Shown in pieces: positions 13,196-25,973 of a DNA stretch of 64,000 nt; position 1 is the stretch's first letter, and each line of letters opens with the position of its first letter. Location of the stretch: the NCBI GenBank assembly GCA_964016885.1, contig OZ024743.1, positions 185,938,001-186,002,000 on the forward strand, in the 5' to 3' direction. This stretch comes from Eledone cirrhosa (lineage: Eukaryota). A model generated the notes under the pieces. It ran no database searches. It was not told where the DNA came from and was given only the letters and a program-made list of their open reading frames with translations. The position numbers were made by a program, and so were the translations under genes.

Positions 13196-14184
13196 TGTAT
13201 CAAAGATGACATAAGCCAATGTGTCCGTTTCTGTTTAAGATGGGAGATTTAGGTTTTATCAGGTTCAATTACCAATTAGAGGTTCTTATTATTAGCATGA
13301 AGATTGGCCTTGTGCCAAAAGTAGAAACAAATTATTAGCATGAAGAAGTTTGGTAACCAATAAATTTTGTTTGATAATACATCTAATTTCAGCTTGACAG
13401 ACTAAGCTAACTCTCATATAACTTAGATTCATAAAAACCAGTCCAAAACAAGTAACTTAAAAGCCAATAAAGGAGGTCACCCAATCTGCTAAAAAAAGAA
13501 GAGAAAACTGGAATGTCTTGCTCTATTTCACAATCTTACCACCCCACTTTCCACAGTATGACCAACAATTTACACCCCATGTAATTTATTATTATACTTT
13601 AATATAATAGATAGATAGATATAAAAAAGAGAGCAGCATAGTTATTAATATCTGGCTGTATATGTTTAACTGATACATTCCAAGTTAGCTTAGCCACAAT
13701 TGTCTGTTTTAAGAAAAAAAAAAAAGTAAAAATCATGTTTTAGTGCCCAATGCTCTCACCAACTGATATACAGCAATTAATTCTATCAGAATGCTACAAG
13801 TCTTGATGAAATTAGTATAGCATTTTTTTCTTTTATTAATATATTGCTATGAGAGAGTAGTGGTTTAGTCCCTGCATTTTATGTTCTGAGTTCAATTTAA
13901 CCTTTCATCCTCACAGGGTCGATAAAATAAAGTACCAGTCAAATACTGGAATCAATTTAATCAAATTTGCCCTTCCCACAAAATTTGTTGTCCTTGTGCT
14001 TAAATTAGAAATCATTTCGCCTTAAAGATGGTGGATTGGTAGAACTGGTAGTCTGACAAAATGCTTAAATTAGAAATCAATATTTTTATGTATTTCTCTT
14101 TCAAATCACTAGTTAAACATGATGTAAAGGGAGATTACTCCAAATCTACACTATTTCATAATTTTCTGCTTCTAACCTTGTCGA

Positions 14185-14450
14185 TTCGGTCGCAAACACA
14201 AGGCAATGCAGAGAGGAAGATAAACAAATACTGATGCTTGACCGACTGTTTCCTTTTCGGGCAGGTCGTTGTCGATACCTCTGGTGTCCTCGGTTCTCGC
14301 ACTGCCGATTTCCTCCGCAAAATCGGAAAGACAGCAGCTAGCTTGAGGAAGGAGCTCCGTGAGGTGGAGTGGCTGGCCATTCCCCGTGGCAATGATTTCG
14401 CCAGTTTGATTGCGGGGCGCAGCCGAATAACTGCTCTGACTGGAGTGTAG
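14185..14450 (+). mobile_element. CRE-like non-LTR retrotransposon fragment (restriction-like endonuclease C-terminus)
   Basis: AERKINKY*CLTDCFLFGQVVVDTSGVLGSRTADFLRKIG...EPREVEWL-like..IPRGNDFASL matches the K..KY..F.P.AVET.G..G...IQRGNA pattern. Confidence 0.65.
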
Positions 14451-15017
14451 AGTCTGTCTCTTCTTTTTTTTTCGTTGCTTAATTCTCTGTTTTCTTTTGC
14501 TCCCCACTCTCTTCTTTGTTTTATTTGAATATTATTTTAAAAAAAATTATAAATCAAATGTAATGAAACGAGTGAAATGTGTATATGTATGTGCTTCTAT
14601 GTATTTATTTCTGAGTGTGTGTTTGTGTTTGCATTCAACGCCAAATCCTCTGTCGCGAAACAAAATAAACAAGTGAATCAAAATGTATAAAAGGCTACCA
14701 AACGTCTGTGGCGCTAAACATCTACGCCCAATTGTCTCATTTAATAATTTAACGTAAATACACTGAAAAGCTAACTAGAGAGAATTAGGTGGTGAGAGCA
14801 AAAGACAAGAACAATATTCAATTAGGTAATATTGCTGATTACGTGTGTTGTTAAAAATGAAAGTAAACCATGAGGAATCTTTAAAAAAAAACCAACAAAA
14901 ATACTAAGCTTTCTTAATTTACCGAAAAGAATAAGTTTCGTTTACGTAAACGAATTTATTGATGAATAGAAGTATACAATGGTGAAAGTATTTGTTAAGG
15001 AAAGGCATTAAAATAAT

Positions 15018-15204
15018 TGTTTCTACTTTTGGCACAAGGCCAGCAGTTACTCAGTGTATTACTGGTACTTTATTTTATCGACCCCATAAGGATGAAAGGC
15101 AAAGTTAACCTCGGCGGGATTTGAACTCATAATGGAAAGGGCCGTAAGTCTTTGCGTCAAAGCATGGCGTCCGATCCTCTACCGATACTACCAATCCACC
15201 GCCC
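15018..15204 (-). mobile_element. Full-length SINE with 17-bp target-site duplication
   Basis: AAAGGCATTAAAATAAT at 15001-15017 and 15205-15221; A/B boxes on the minus strand. Confidence 0.85.
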
Positions 15205-15294
15205 AAAGGCATTAAAATAATAAATAGGAATTGGGGAAGGGGACAAGGAGGGAAAACCCTAAACCTCTGGCTAGGCGGTATAACTCGTGGATAA

Positions 15295-15870
15295 GATGGC
15301 GAAAGTATTTCGCAGAGAATAGCTATTGCATTAGTAGCTCCACCTCGCGGGGCTCCTTCTCACGGATGCACTCTTCCTCTTTCTGATTTTGTGGAGAAAA
15401 ACGCCAGTCTGGGAAGCGAGGCCATCGGAGGTCGTGATAGCTACGAATACGAAAAGGAATCGATCAGTCAAGTCCTAGTATTTGGATATCTTCTGCGTTA
15501 CGAGGTTATCTCGTCTGAGCGCTTATCATCACCACGGATGAGGCCGGCGGTCTCAAGTTAGGATGGGAATCCGGCGGCACCAAAGATCCTTCTGATGTGG
15601 TGACAACAGAGCGGATGTAGTCTGAACTCGTCGACCATAGCTCCACACATGCACTGACCAAGGCACAGAGCCACTTCCATGCAGGTGCATTCATCATTTA
15701 GAAGGTTACCGGTTGACAAGACGGGCATCGAATTGAGCTACGAGGCAGGAGAGACGCTTGAAGTATATGTCCCAGCTGCGTTGATAAGCTGTATACTAGG
15801 AGACGGTTAGGCCATCACCAACTCAGACGTCTTGAGCTGACTCGATTTCCTAAGGAAGAACGCCATCCAC
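15295..15870 (-). mobile_element. Second CRE-like fragment, inverted relative to 14185-14450
   Basis: Minus translation TQKISKY*DLTDRFLFVFVAITTSDGLASQTGVFLHKIR...KEPREVELL; GC/CpG-rich. Confidence 0.6.
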
Positions 15871-16201
15871 ATAAAAATCCATAGTTAGGTTAGTATTAAT
15901 TATAATGTTACTCAAAGACTAAAATTGTTTTTTTTTCTTACTGCATGCATAGATCGCTACAAGCTTACTTTACACTATGGTATTTGCATTAGACACACAA
16001 AGTGCAACAGCGTACATATACGGTTACGTGAAAGATATCTTAGAAAGAAAGCTATTTCATCAGCTGGTATTTAAAATCCGTTGTAGTTACTGTGAGCTTA
16101 CACCGTGTAAATGCGTCCGGTGTTGTATGAAGTATTAACTGTATAGTTTCTCCTCCGAACATCAAGGTCAGCCAAATAGTTCGGACTAACAGCAATACAT
16201 C

Positions 16202-16273
16202 ATGGGTGCATCCAGTAGTACCAGACGCTTAATCGTCGAAGAAGACGAAAAAGGCGGTGGATTTTTAATTCAG
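16202..16273 (+). CDS. CHCHD3: MICOS subunit MIC19/MIC25-like, coding exon 1
   Basis: MGASSSTRRLIVEEDEKGGGFLIQ: MGxxxS myristoylation motif and STRR, as recalled for human CHCHD3 (MGGTTSTRRVTFEADE). Donor CAG|GTTAAA, phase 0. Lies in a CpG-richer region. Confidence 0.85.
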
Positions 16274-17520
16274 GTTAAATAACTTTTCATTATATATATG
16301 TGAAACAATTATAGATAGCATATATAATTGTTTTGTTCAGTGATCACCTTGCTGTGTTGTAAAATCGAGGAGTAATTCATAAAGCCATTAGATACTGAAA
16401 CTATTTTGAAAAAATACTAACCAGTTGACCTTTATGCTTCAGATGACTTTACAATTCAAACTATACTAATAACATTAAGTAAGGTCATTGTGTGTTCACT
16501 ATTTGAATTATTCATGAAAGTATTTTATAAATATGACGTTTTATAGTCATCTCCAAATTGTTTTTTTTAATCATTATTCGTTAGATAGGCTGTTAACTTC
16601 ACTTTATTTTTGTTTGTTTGATCTGTACCAAAACTGAATCGACGATTTAATCTATATGGAGCCAATAAACGAAAATAGAATACAGTAGAAACATTCTAAA
16701 TTCGTAATATAGGTAAAAAAAAATTAAAGCTCACACCACACTTATTAAATGGTGAATGAGACAAATGTAATGGACTCGGTTTATGATATTGATAATATTT
16801 GCGTGAGTATACTACGAACCCTTTATTTACTTCAGTAGAAAGGTCAATTTTAATATGGGGTACACATTGAAATCTGTTCCGTTTTTCACCAGCTTTATTT
16901 TCAGTTGTTGGCTCTTTACGAATTTAACTTGCCGACTCTAAAGATATTTTGGTACAGACTTATATAGATATGAATTAAAAACTCCAATATTTTCTCTTTT
17001 CGCGTTATACATTGTTTGATTACCAAATAACATTCTAACCCACACTAGATAGATTTTCATTTTTGTCTATATTTAATGGCATCTCTTTTTTATACTTTCT
17101 ATTTATCACTGGCTCGCTTTCTTTTTACTGCTTCCATAATTCGCATAGCGTACCTTTCATTCAATATTTTAAAGGTTTGAACATCAGTATTTTTATACTT
17201 TCAAATGGTAAGAAATCAGTTCTGTTATGAACTTCGAAAATACGTTTCGATATTATTTTAAAATCGAAATATTTTCTGAAGAATTTACAGCAGCAGGAGA
17301 AACGATGGCAACTGAAATAACACCGGCTCGAACTGTCGGTCACGAAATACAACCGAGTTTTTAATTACGACAAATCGAAGTAGAAATGAGGTGGTGTTAG
17401 AAAGTCTTTGGTTACCAAGTTGGCAAATTGAAATATCGTGGTTTATATATTTAACTTGGACCATTTTATCAGAGATGAAAGTCAAGTGGTAACGCTAAAA
17501 ATTCGATGTTAATTTGATAG

Positions 17521-17704
17521 GGCGGTGGATTGGCAGTATCGGTAGAGGGTCAGACATCATGCTTTCCAGCATAGTTACGTCCCTTTACGATCTGAGTTCA
17601 AATCCCGCCGAGGTTGACTTTGCCTTTCATCCTTACGGGGTCGATAAAATAAAGTACCAGTAATGCACTGGGTGATTGCTGGCCTTGTGCCTAAAGTAGA
17701 AACA
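17521..17704 (+). mobile_element. Full-length SINE with 11-bp TSD
   Basis: GTTAATTTGAT at 17508-17518 and 17705-17715; B-box GAGTTCAAATCC; closely similar to 15018-15204. Confidence 0.85.
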
Positions 17705-18414
17705 GTTAATTTGATGTGTTTTTATTCTAGTTAAAGACATTAACCGATGGCTATGACTAGTGGGTTAAAAAAGAAAGCATATTAAATTATAAAGTTCAAC
17801 ATTCGTTTGTTTGATAAATTTTTATTATGTTTCCGAGACCAGTGTAATAAGTAGTATTTTTTTTTTTAATTTTAAGGGTAGTTAGTTCATAGGTTTGGTT
17901 TTCAAGGTGAAATAAGATTTATGGTCTTTGAACGAATGTGGTCTTCAAAATCATCGTAAACTACTCGTTTTCTATGGTGCCCCCGCCCGAAAACACCATA
18001 ACACCCGCCACGGAGACGATTATAATAATAAAAAACATACCTTTGTTTTTGATATGGTCATTGATTTTGACATATGTAGATAGAGATAGTGATATTGCCA
18101 GAAAAAATAGTAAAACACTGTTTTTCTGGCAATATTAGGACAACATGACCCTCTTCAAATATAACAATATCTGTTCCAACTCACGATTTCATATCCAAAT
18201 GCATCGCAGATAGAGATAGTTTTTTTAAAGAGAGTGGTGAGTGCGAATGTGAAGTAGTAGGTGTTATGCTGGCGGTAGTCCCAAAGGGCTGACTATCTTG
18301 CCTCTGCTTTTATAGTCTGCTGCCATATGTATACTAACTTAGACAATGCCGTATTAGCAATTTTATAAAGAATTAAATTCTGCAGAAGAAGGATCATCGT
18401 TTAGAATGTTCTCA

Positions 18415-18609
18415 AACCTTTCGTGATCTTAACTCTAATGAAATACACTATTTCAATTAAGAATTTTGAGGGATTTACTAAAGATAGTAACTTATCACAT
18501 GGTTCTTATATAAAATTATGTTAGAAGATTTAAATTTTTATTGGAATTCCTTTTAAATGTATGGTTTTATTTTATAGAACCAGAGCTGGTTTTGTATCGA
18601 AAGGGTTAA
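18415..18609. mobile_element. TTAA MITE, family B (decayed left end)
   Basis: Ends ATAGAACCAG...GTATCGAAAGGG|TTAA; colinear with 30779-31436. Confidence 0.55.
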
Positions 18610-18789
18610 ACTGTGACAAATATTTCTGATTATATTGGCAGGTCTAAAAGTAGATTTGATTGGTTGTGAACTGAAGACCAAGGTTTGCAAATGGGATTTG
18701 TCCTCAAGGCAACTTTATTCCTCTCACAGAGAGAAGGTTGTTAAGACTGAATGAAATAAACAATAAGGCAGATATGTGTAAACAACAGT

Positions 18790-19003
18790 CGATCGACTTT
18801 CGTCAAATCGAACCGAGGAAACAATGTTTCCATTGGTCTTTCCAATTGCTAATACTATCTATTGGTCGCAACTCCAGGTAGAAGGAACAACATGAATTAA
18901 AATGACTTGCTCAACGACATAACGCATCACCCGGTCCGAGAATCGAACTCACAACCTCACGATTGCGAATCCAATTCTCTAACCACTAAGCCACGCGCCT
19001 TCA
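18790..19003 (-). mobile_element. tRNA-headed SINE with an alternative tail
   Basis: Reverse complement GGCGCGTGGCTTAGTGGTTAGAG...GTGAGTTCGATTCTCGGACCGGG (A/B boxes); tail homologous to about 10050-10150. Confidence 0.75.
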
Positions 19004-20214
19004 TTAGTGTAAAGCAGTCTCATAATGAGTAGGTACATCAGTAACAGCATTTAGATTTGATATGAGTTGATCAAATGTGAGTAGTTGTATGTTGATTAGA
19101 TTGGTTGGTTTGTTCATTGTATCAGTGGTAGATATGGGTGTGTCTCAGAAAAATCTTGCTTCAAATGTATTATAACAACATCTATATATAAATGTATGTG
19201 ATTTTGTCACAACACGTAACGAGAGAGGAGTAGTTGGACTACCTCATACTACTCTCCCTTTACGTTTGCTGCCTGCATGTATGTGTGTGTAAAAGATAGG
19301 AAGGGGAAACGTATCTGTGTTTGCACGTTAATATTTATATACTTATACATATAAATGTATGTGCGTTAGTGTATGGAAAAAAATTCTAGTAGGAAAAACA
19401 ACAGAGTCTCAGTAAAATTGTGTATTATGTTTGTGTGATGATTTGGCATGGATATTTGTGGTAGTAGCCTTAAAAGTTGTATGTAACTAACCTTTGTTGA
19501 TATCGAATGGGGGAGTGACTGTCTTAGCTCACTGGTTGTAAAGGCTGAGCCAGTGGGTCAGAATGAGTCTGTTGACAAGCTACATCTTTCTGTTTTCTTT
19601 CAAGAATGGAACCTAATTGGTTTGGACAGCTGAGGGCAAACTATTTATGAGGGGGTCTGTTACCCTTGACGATAAGCAGGTGGCCTCTAGAAAACTAGTC
19701 TTCTAGACAATTTGGTGACACAAGTCCCTAAACAGGAAGTAAAATTTATTGGGAAATCGCTCATCTATGAGGTCAGCCTGTGTGGTCACAATGATTTGTT
19801 TTGCTGGCTGGGAAACAAAAGTTCAAATCTCTCTGCTGATATTTGCTACACATCTACCATGCTTCTGAGAGAACTTGTATTCATATGAACATATATAGCT
19901 AAAAGCTGACTTTCGCAACAAGATACTAATGTTTCTGTGTGTATAAGAATAGTGAGTGGCCAAAGGGACCAAAATTGTTTTCACCAAATACAAGTGAAAA
20001 TACATGCCACATATGAAGGGTGCATGTGAGTTTAGCAGAAATTGAATGTAGCACAAACTATTCTATGAGTTTGTGGAAGATATGAATTTTTGTGAGGTTG
20101 AAAAACCATTACAGGAAAACAATTCTTAACGGCAAAGCTATGCCAGCCTCCCTCTTGCATCCTTCTGTTCTTCCTCTCCAATAAAATGTGTAACCACCAG
20201 ACTCTTTCGTGAAA

Positions 20215-21100
20215 TGGCCTTCTTCAGATAGTCTTGTTTCAGACAAGAAGGCAAGTGATGTATTTGGAAAACTGGATGGATGTCTTTAGTTTCAGGTATT
20301 TCCATTGAAACAAAGTTGAAAGTGTATAATGCCTGTGTTCTATCTTCTTTGCTGTATGCATGTGAGACTTGGGTCACTTATCTGAGGCATGTCAAAAGGT
20401 TGGAGAACTTTCACGAATAGTGTCTTTGAAATATACAGGGCATTCACTGGAAAATGTACATGAGTAATACTGAAGTCCTTGATTGTAGTCAGTACTACCA
20501 GTATAGAGTCTCTCATATTTCAGCATTGATTATGATGGAGTGGTCATGTAGAGAGAATGGATGATGATCGCATCCCTAAGCAGTTCCTGTACAGTGAGCT
20601 AGTTGAAGGTAAACGACCAGCGCACAAACTGAAATTGAGGTACAAGGATTGCATTTTAAGCACACTGGAGAAGATGAAAATATCGGAGGATGGCAGTACA
20701 AGATGGGAGGGGAGAATTTGAAAGAAACCACGTTGAGCATGAATAGCTCAAAGGTGTTCTTGTAAGGGCCTTGAGGTCAGTTTGCCTGAGTATCTTTGCA
20801 TGCCGGTTGATTTAACTTGTAAATAATGTGCCTGTTATGCTTAAGTAAGGCAGGCCTTTGAAGTCATCAAAGAAGCCACATCTGCAAGGACCCTATCAAT
20901 TATGTATTGTACGGCATTTCTGTTTACAGGGATTGTGGAATGTATTGTGCCTCAGTTAGTGGACTGAAACATCATATGAAATTGCAGCAAAGCAGCACCA
21001 TAATGCCTACTGTGAGAGGCCCCATCGTTGCCACTTCTGTGCAAAAGTGTGTGTTCCTAGCAAGACTAAAAAGCCATGTCCGTGCTGCTCATGCTTAAGA
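20215..21100 (+). mobile_element. Decayed RTE-type LINE 3' end
   Basis: ETKLKVYNACVLSSLLYACETWVTY..HVKRLE.FH; WSGHVERMDDDRIPKQFLYSELVEGKR; terminal C2H2-like GLKHHM / LKSHVRAAH. Confidence 0.8.
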
Positions 21101-21329
21101 CCCCAATATTGTTTGAAAACTCACCAAAACCAAAGTGGAAGTAATATTTATCACTGCAACATATGCAGAAAGAAATGTAAATCCTTGGTAGGGCTAAAAA
21201 GTCATGTTCGTGCCACCCATGTGTGAGAGGTGGATTAGGTGGTGGCAATTCTTAACATTGAGATCCAGCCATCATGTATGTATGTATGTTCTTTATTTCT
21301 CTTAAATTTGAGTTTATTTTTGACCAGCC

Positions 21330-22757
21330 ACCTTGGTGGCAAGGTTATAAAGAAAGGAATTTGTTTTCACCTCTTGTGTAAGCGTTCATCCTTTGAAATG
21401 CAAGAATGTTTTACAAATTTTGAAGGGACCAGATATCGCGGCCACTTGTAGCTTATGAATTAAGGAGCGACATTCTTTCTCTACAAATCCAAGCACAATT
21501 ATACTTTGGTCCAAGTGTGTTGATATATAACCTGTACCTCTATTAATGGCAGGTATGAAGCTGAATGTGTATCTTGAATACTGGATCTGCAAACTCCTCC
21601 TGAATGGTCTGAAATCTTTCTCTTGCAATTTTCTAACCACATTGCTATCAAGGGGGCAGCTGACTTCTACAACAGAGCATATTTTTAATGTGTGGTCTCA
21701 AATAACAATATCAGGTCCGTTGTACTTTAATTTAGTGGCAGTTTTTATTTTTAGGTTCTGCCAGTATGTCTCAACATATTCCTCCCTATTCGATTATATT
21801 TTTGTCTTCTATAATGCATTCCAGATCGTTTTAGTTATTCATGAAGACATTCTTTCACAATTGGAAATCTTTGTTTTGCATAGTCTACATTTACTGTCAA
21901 CTGATGACTTTTCTCTTTTGAGCAGTAGTTACTTGATGTGAATTTCTTGTTCCTGGATTGCATAGATTCCTTTAAGGTGGGATGTTACAAACTTGTTGGA
22001 ACTCCATGTTAGGCTTTTAGTATGGTTTATTCCCTCTATGGTCTGTGCTTTTCTTCTCAACTACCCTGTACAACCTTCTCAGTGAATTGGTCCATTGGAG
22101 TCTTCCAATGTTCCTGGGAGAGATTTGTATCAGGTTTTTTTTTTATCTCTCTTCTAGACTATCCCAACAATATTATTTTCATGCTCATAAACCTGGGCAA
22201 GATGGCTGTTGAGCTTTTTCTTCTGTTGAAGATGTTGCTTCAGCATTATTATTTGGGTATCATGATATTAATATGGATTTTAGACTCCTACCATCCTCCT
22301 TGCATAAGAAATATAGCCTATCCACATCACTATTAATGTGAGTCCTTATATCCATCTCACTCAGTTCTTGCAATGACCAGTTCAGCAGGCCAAATGTTGG
22401 CATTAGGATGGGCACATCGAAAGTATTATGGATAATGTGTTTGTTGTACGCTGAGAATTCTGATGACCATATTCTCTTTACTCATGGTCCTCTCCTTATT
22501 AATGGGTCCATCATATCTGACATTCTCATTCTCTCCAAGATACCTATAATTGTCACCTGGCTGTAGAGGTTTTACCATCGAGCCATTCATTTTTAGGTTT
22601 TCAGAGGAGGACACAGCTTTTCCACATTTTATTGTTAAAAATGCACATTTGGACTCACCAAATTTCATTCCAATGTCTGTAGAAAATTGGGTAATGAGGT
22701 CCAATTGTTTTTTATGTGGTTGATATTTGGCCCATAAAATTTCAGTTCATCGACAAA
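21330..22757 (-). mobile_element. R4/Dong-like non-LTR retrotransposon fragment (RT end + RLE)
   Basis: FSTDIGMKFGESKCA...YRYLG; RLE motif PDIVI*DHTLKICSVVEVSCPLD..V.RKLQEK. Confidence 0.75.
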
Positions 22758-22954
22758 TGTAAATATGTATGTATGTACCTGTGTATGTAACATTAGTTTA
22801 ATATCATTTGATAAGATTATTGTAATCAATCAAAATTGGTAAACATTTTTGCTAAAACTTGAATTTATTTGAGGTACTAGATATAGAAATAGTTGTTCTG
22901 TTGGATTAAAGAAAAAGAGATTCTTTAAATACACTTATGTGCATTGCCACGTTT

Positions 22955-23288
22955 TTATGACCTGGCATTCGCAGTCCCAGTTATTCACAGAATTTTCCTG
23001 AGACACCTAACTAATAATTATTTGTGGAAACCACTGCATATTCGCTGAATTGTAAATATCTTCTGTGATTTTTTTGTGGCAATATATATATTTGTTAACG
23101 CTAAATTATTAATAACAATTTACCATATCTGTCGGCCTATTGGACGCCACTTCACATAAGATGCTCCCTCTTTTATATTATATTTTGATCTTTATGGGCA
23201 TTTTTATGGACCATGTCCAATATTCGCAGTTTTTCACTCTTCGCAGATGCTCTCGGAACCTAACCCCGTGAATACCAGGGGACAATTA
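22955..23288. mobile_element. Tigger/pogo-like MITE remnant
   Basis: Right end CGGAACCTAACCCCGTGAATACCAGGGGAC next to (TA)n; partial inverse CCTGGCATTCGC at left. Confidence 0.45.
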
Positions 23289-23309
23289 TATATATATATA
23301 TATATATAT

Positions 23310-25215
23310 CATCATCATCACCATCGTTTAACGTCTATCTTCCATGCTAGCATGGGTTTAGATGGGAATTATCCCACTTGAGGTAAGATTAGTCGTCTCG
23401 CTCGTATAGGATTGTCTGGCAGGTTTTCTACGGCTGGATGCCCTTCCTAACACCAACCACGTTTACAGAGGTTTTTAGCATGTTACCTACACGGCCACAT
23501 TACAGCATGGACTGTGTGTTTTTTTGTTGTGACACCTACACGACCTCATTTATTTAGGACTGGATGTTGTGGTACCAACATAACTTTACAGAGAAAGGGG
23601 TGGTGTTGATGGGGGTGGGGCGTGGAGTTGAGGTAGTGGGATGGAGGTGTATATTTGATTAAGGGATGCCTACTGACTGTAGGTTTCGCTTTGTACTTAG
23701 GCAAGGCGGGTCTTCTGTATTACTGCGTAGCGCCAAAGTTCTCGGTCCAGTGACATTGTCTTAGAGAGGTGTAAGTATGTAAGGTCGGAATTTATCAAAT
23801 TGTCCTAGGTTTTTCTGGGTCTGCCTACTCCGTAACTTCCATCAATTTTGATCGCCCTGCACTTTTTTATACAACTGTCGTCTTTCATGCGCATCATGTG
23901 ACCATACCAACGTAGTCTTCTCTCGAGTAAACAGCATCTGATCCCTCTTATTCCTAATTCTCACTTTGTTCATTTATGCTTTGCCGTTCACGTATATTAC
24001 TATTACACATCCAGTGTAATAGTAATATACGTTCCTCTCCAGTCTGCGCAGATCCTCTGCACACACTGCCCATGTCTCACTGTCATGTAACATTGCTGTT
24101 CGTATGCAGGCATCATACAGTCTGCCTTTCATTTTTAGAGATAAACCTTTAGCGGCCAATAGTGGTATAAGCTCTCTGAACTTTTTCCATCCCATTCTGA
24201 CTCTGGCTACTGTACTTTAAGAGCACCCTCCACCACTGCTGATTTTGTCACCCAGGTAACGGAAGGTGTCTACTATTTCTATAGAGCCATCTGGGCGATA
24301 GAAGGAGCTAGTATCCTGTGGGCACTTGCTACTTATTGCACCTGAGCACCGGCCACATATAAAATCTACGTTGTTAGAAAGTTTACCTGTGATCCCACTA
24401 CATCTTTTATGCACCCATACTTTGCATTTGGGACATAAAATGGATATTCTGCCTACTCCTTTCCTACACACTGAGCATGGCCATTTCCCAGAGGGGACCG
24501 GTGCCCTATTTCCTTCCTACATACTAGAACTTTAGTCTTAGACAAGTTAACTTTAAGGCCTTTTGATTCTAGGCCATGCTTCCATGTTTGGAATTTCTTC
24601 TCTAGTTCAGCCATCGATTCAGCTATGATCATCTGCATATAGAAGTTCCCATGGGCAGCCGGTCTTGAACTCCTCTGTTATAGCCTGAAGGGCAATAATA
24701 AATAGGAGGGGGCTAAGGGCTGATGAACACCAACTTTTACGCTAAATTCTTCACTATATTTGTTGTTAATTCTAACCTTACTGACTGTTTCTTTATACAT
24801 AGCTTGTATAGCTCTCACAAGCCATTCATCAACCCCTAGTTTTCTAAGAGCCCACCAGATAATGGCGCGGGGGACTCTGTCAAAAGCTTTCTCCAAGTCG
24901 ACAAAAGCTAAGTATAGGGGTTTACTTTTAGCTAGGTACTTCTCCTGTAGTTGTTGTACAAGGAAAAGGGTGTCTGTGGTACTTTTACCTGACACAAAGC
25001 CAAACTGCATTTCATCTAGATCAATTCGCTCTCTGATTAGTTGCGCTATAACTTTTTCTGTGACCTTCATGACCTGGTCAATTAATTTAATGCCTCTATA
25101 GTTTCCCCTATCTAGGGCATCTCCTTTGCCCTTGTTGCAGTTAATGAAGATGCTGCTACGCCAGTCATTTGGTATGACCCCATGCTGTATGACTTGGTTT
25201 ACTATCCGGGGGATA
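23310..25215 (-). mobile_element. 5'-truncated RTE-like LINE with RT, Cys-rich finger, 3' UTR and (GAT)n tail
   Basis: KGKGDALDRGNYRGIKL..MQFGF..AFVDLEKAFDRVP..GVHQ; WPCSVCRKGVG..CPKCKVWVHKRCSG..FICGRC; RLRWYGHMMR; frameshifted. Confidence 0.9.
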
Positions 25216-25219
25216 TATA

Positions 25220-25672
25220 TCATCATCATCATTTAATGTGTAGTTTTCTTGCTTGCATGAGTTAGATGGCTTGTCATGTGAGACAAATCAGGTATGGTGA
25301 CTGTTTGGCTTGGTTTCTACAGCTAGATACCCTTCCTAACACCAACCACATTTCAGTACTTTTTATCATGGCACCAAATCGATCATCTGACAAAGTGAAC
25401 CTGGTGCTTTTTCATCATGGTACCAGCACAACCTACAGATTGGACTGGGTACTTTTTGGTGTGTCACTAGCATGACCACCTTACAGCTGGGACTGGGTGC
25501 TTCTATGTCACCAGCATGATCACCTTACTGTGGACTGGATGCTTTTTGTTGTCTCAGCTACATGACCACCTTACAGGGTGGACTGGTTGCTTTTTGTTAT
25601 GTCACCAGCCTGACCACTTTACAAGATGGAATGGGTGATTTTTGTTGTGTAACCAACACGACCACCTTACAA
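25220..25672 (-). mobile_element. SINE tail with about 8 internal ~42-bp units
   Basis: Repeated CATGACCACCTTACAGGGTGGACTGGGTGCTTTTTGTT. Confidence 0.7.
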
Positions 25673-25673
25673 A

Positions 25674-25886
25674 TATCCAGATGGCTCCATAGAGGTAGTT
25701 GACAGTTTTTGTGACCTGGGTGACAAAATTAGCAGTGGAGTTGGGTGTTCTGAAAGTACAGCAGCCAGAGTGAATGGCTGCTATACTTTCAGAAATGGGA
25801 TGTAAAAAGTTCAGGGAACTACTACCGCTGCTAGCTACAAGAGGTTTTTCTTCAAAATGAAAGGCAAATTGTATGATACTTGTGAA
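25674..25886 (+). mobile_element. Fragment of the same RTE-like LINE in the opposite orientation
   Basis: PDGSIEVVDSFCDLGDKISSG homologous to about 24110-24295 (-). Confidence 0.75.
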
Positions 25887-25911
25887 GATTGGAAGTTTGC
25901 ATTTTCCGATT

Positions 25912-25942
<31 letters not shown>

Positions 25943-25973
25943 ATGTGTGTGTGTGTATATGTGTGTATGTATA

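Noticed and set aside
14172-14507. Lys/Arg-rich 111-aa minus-strand ORF with NLS-like start
   Set aside because: Arises from a T-rich tract plus the antisense of the CRE-like fragment.
17280-17365. Extra exon or ORF in the CpG-rich part of intron 1 (TTACAG-CAG-CAG; ATGGCAACT...)
   Set aside because: The phase-0 frame and the ATG frame both stop within 20 codons; no family similarity.
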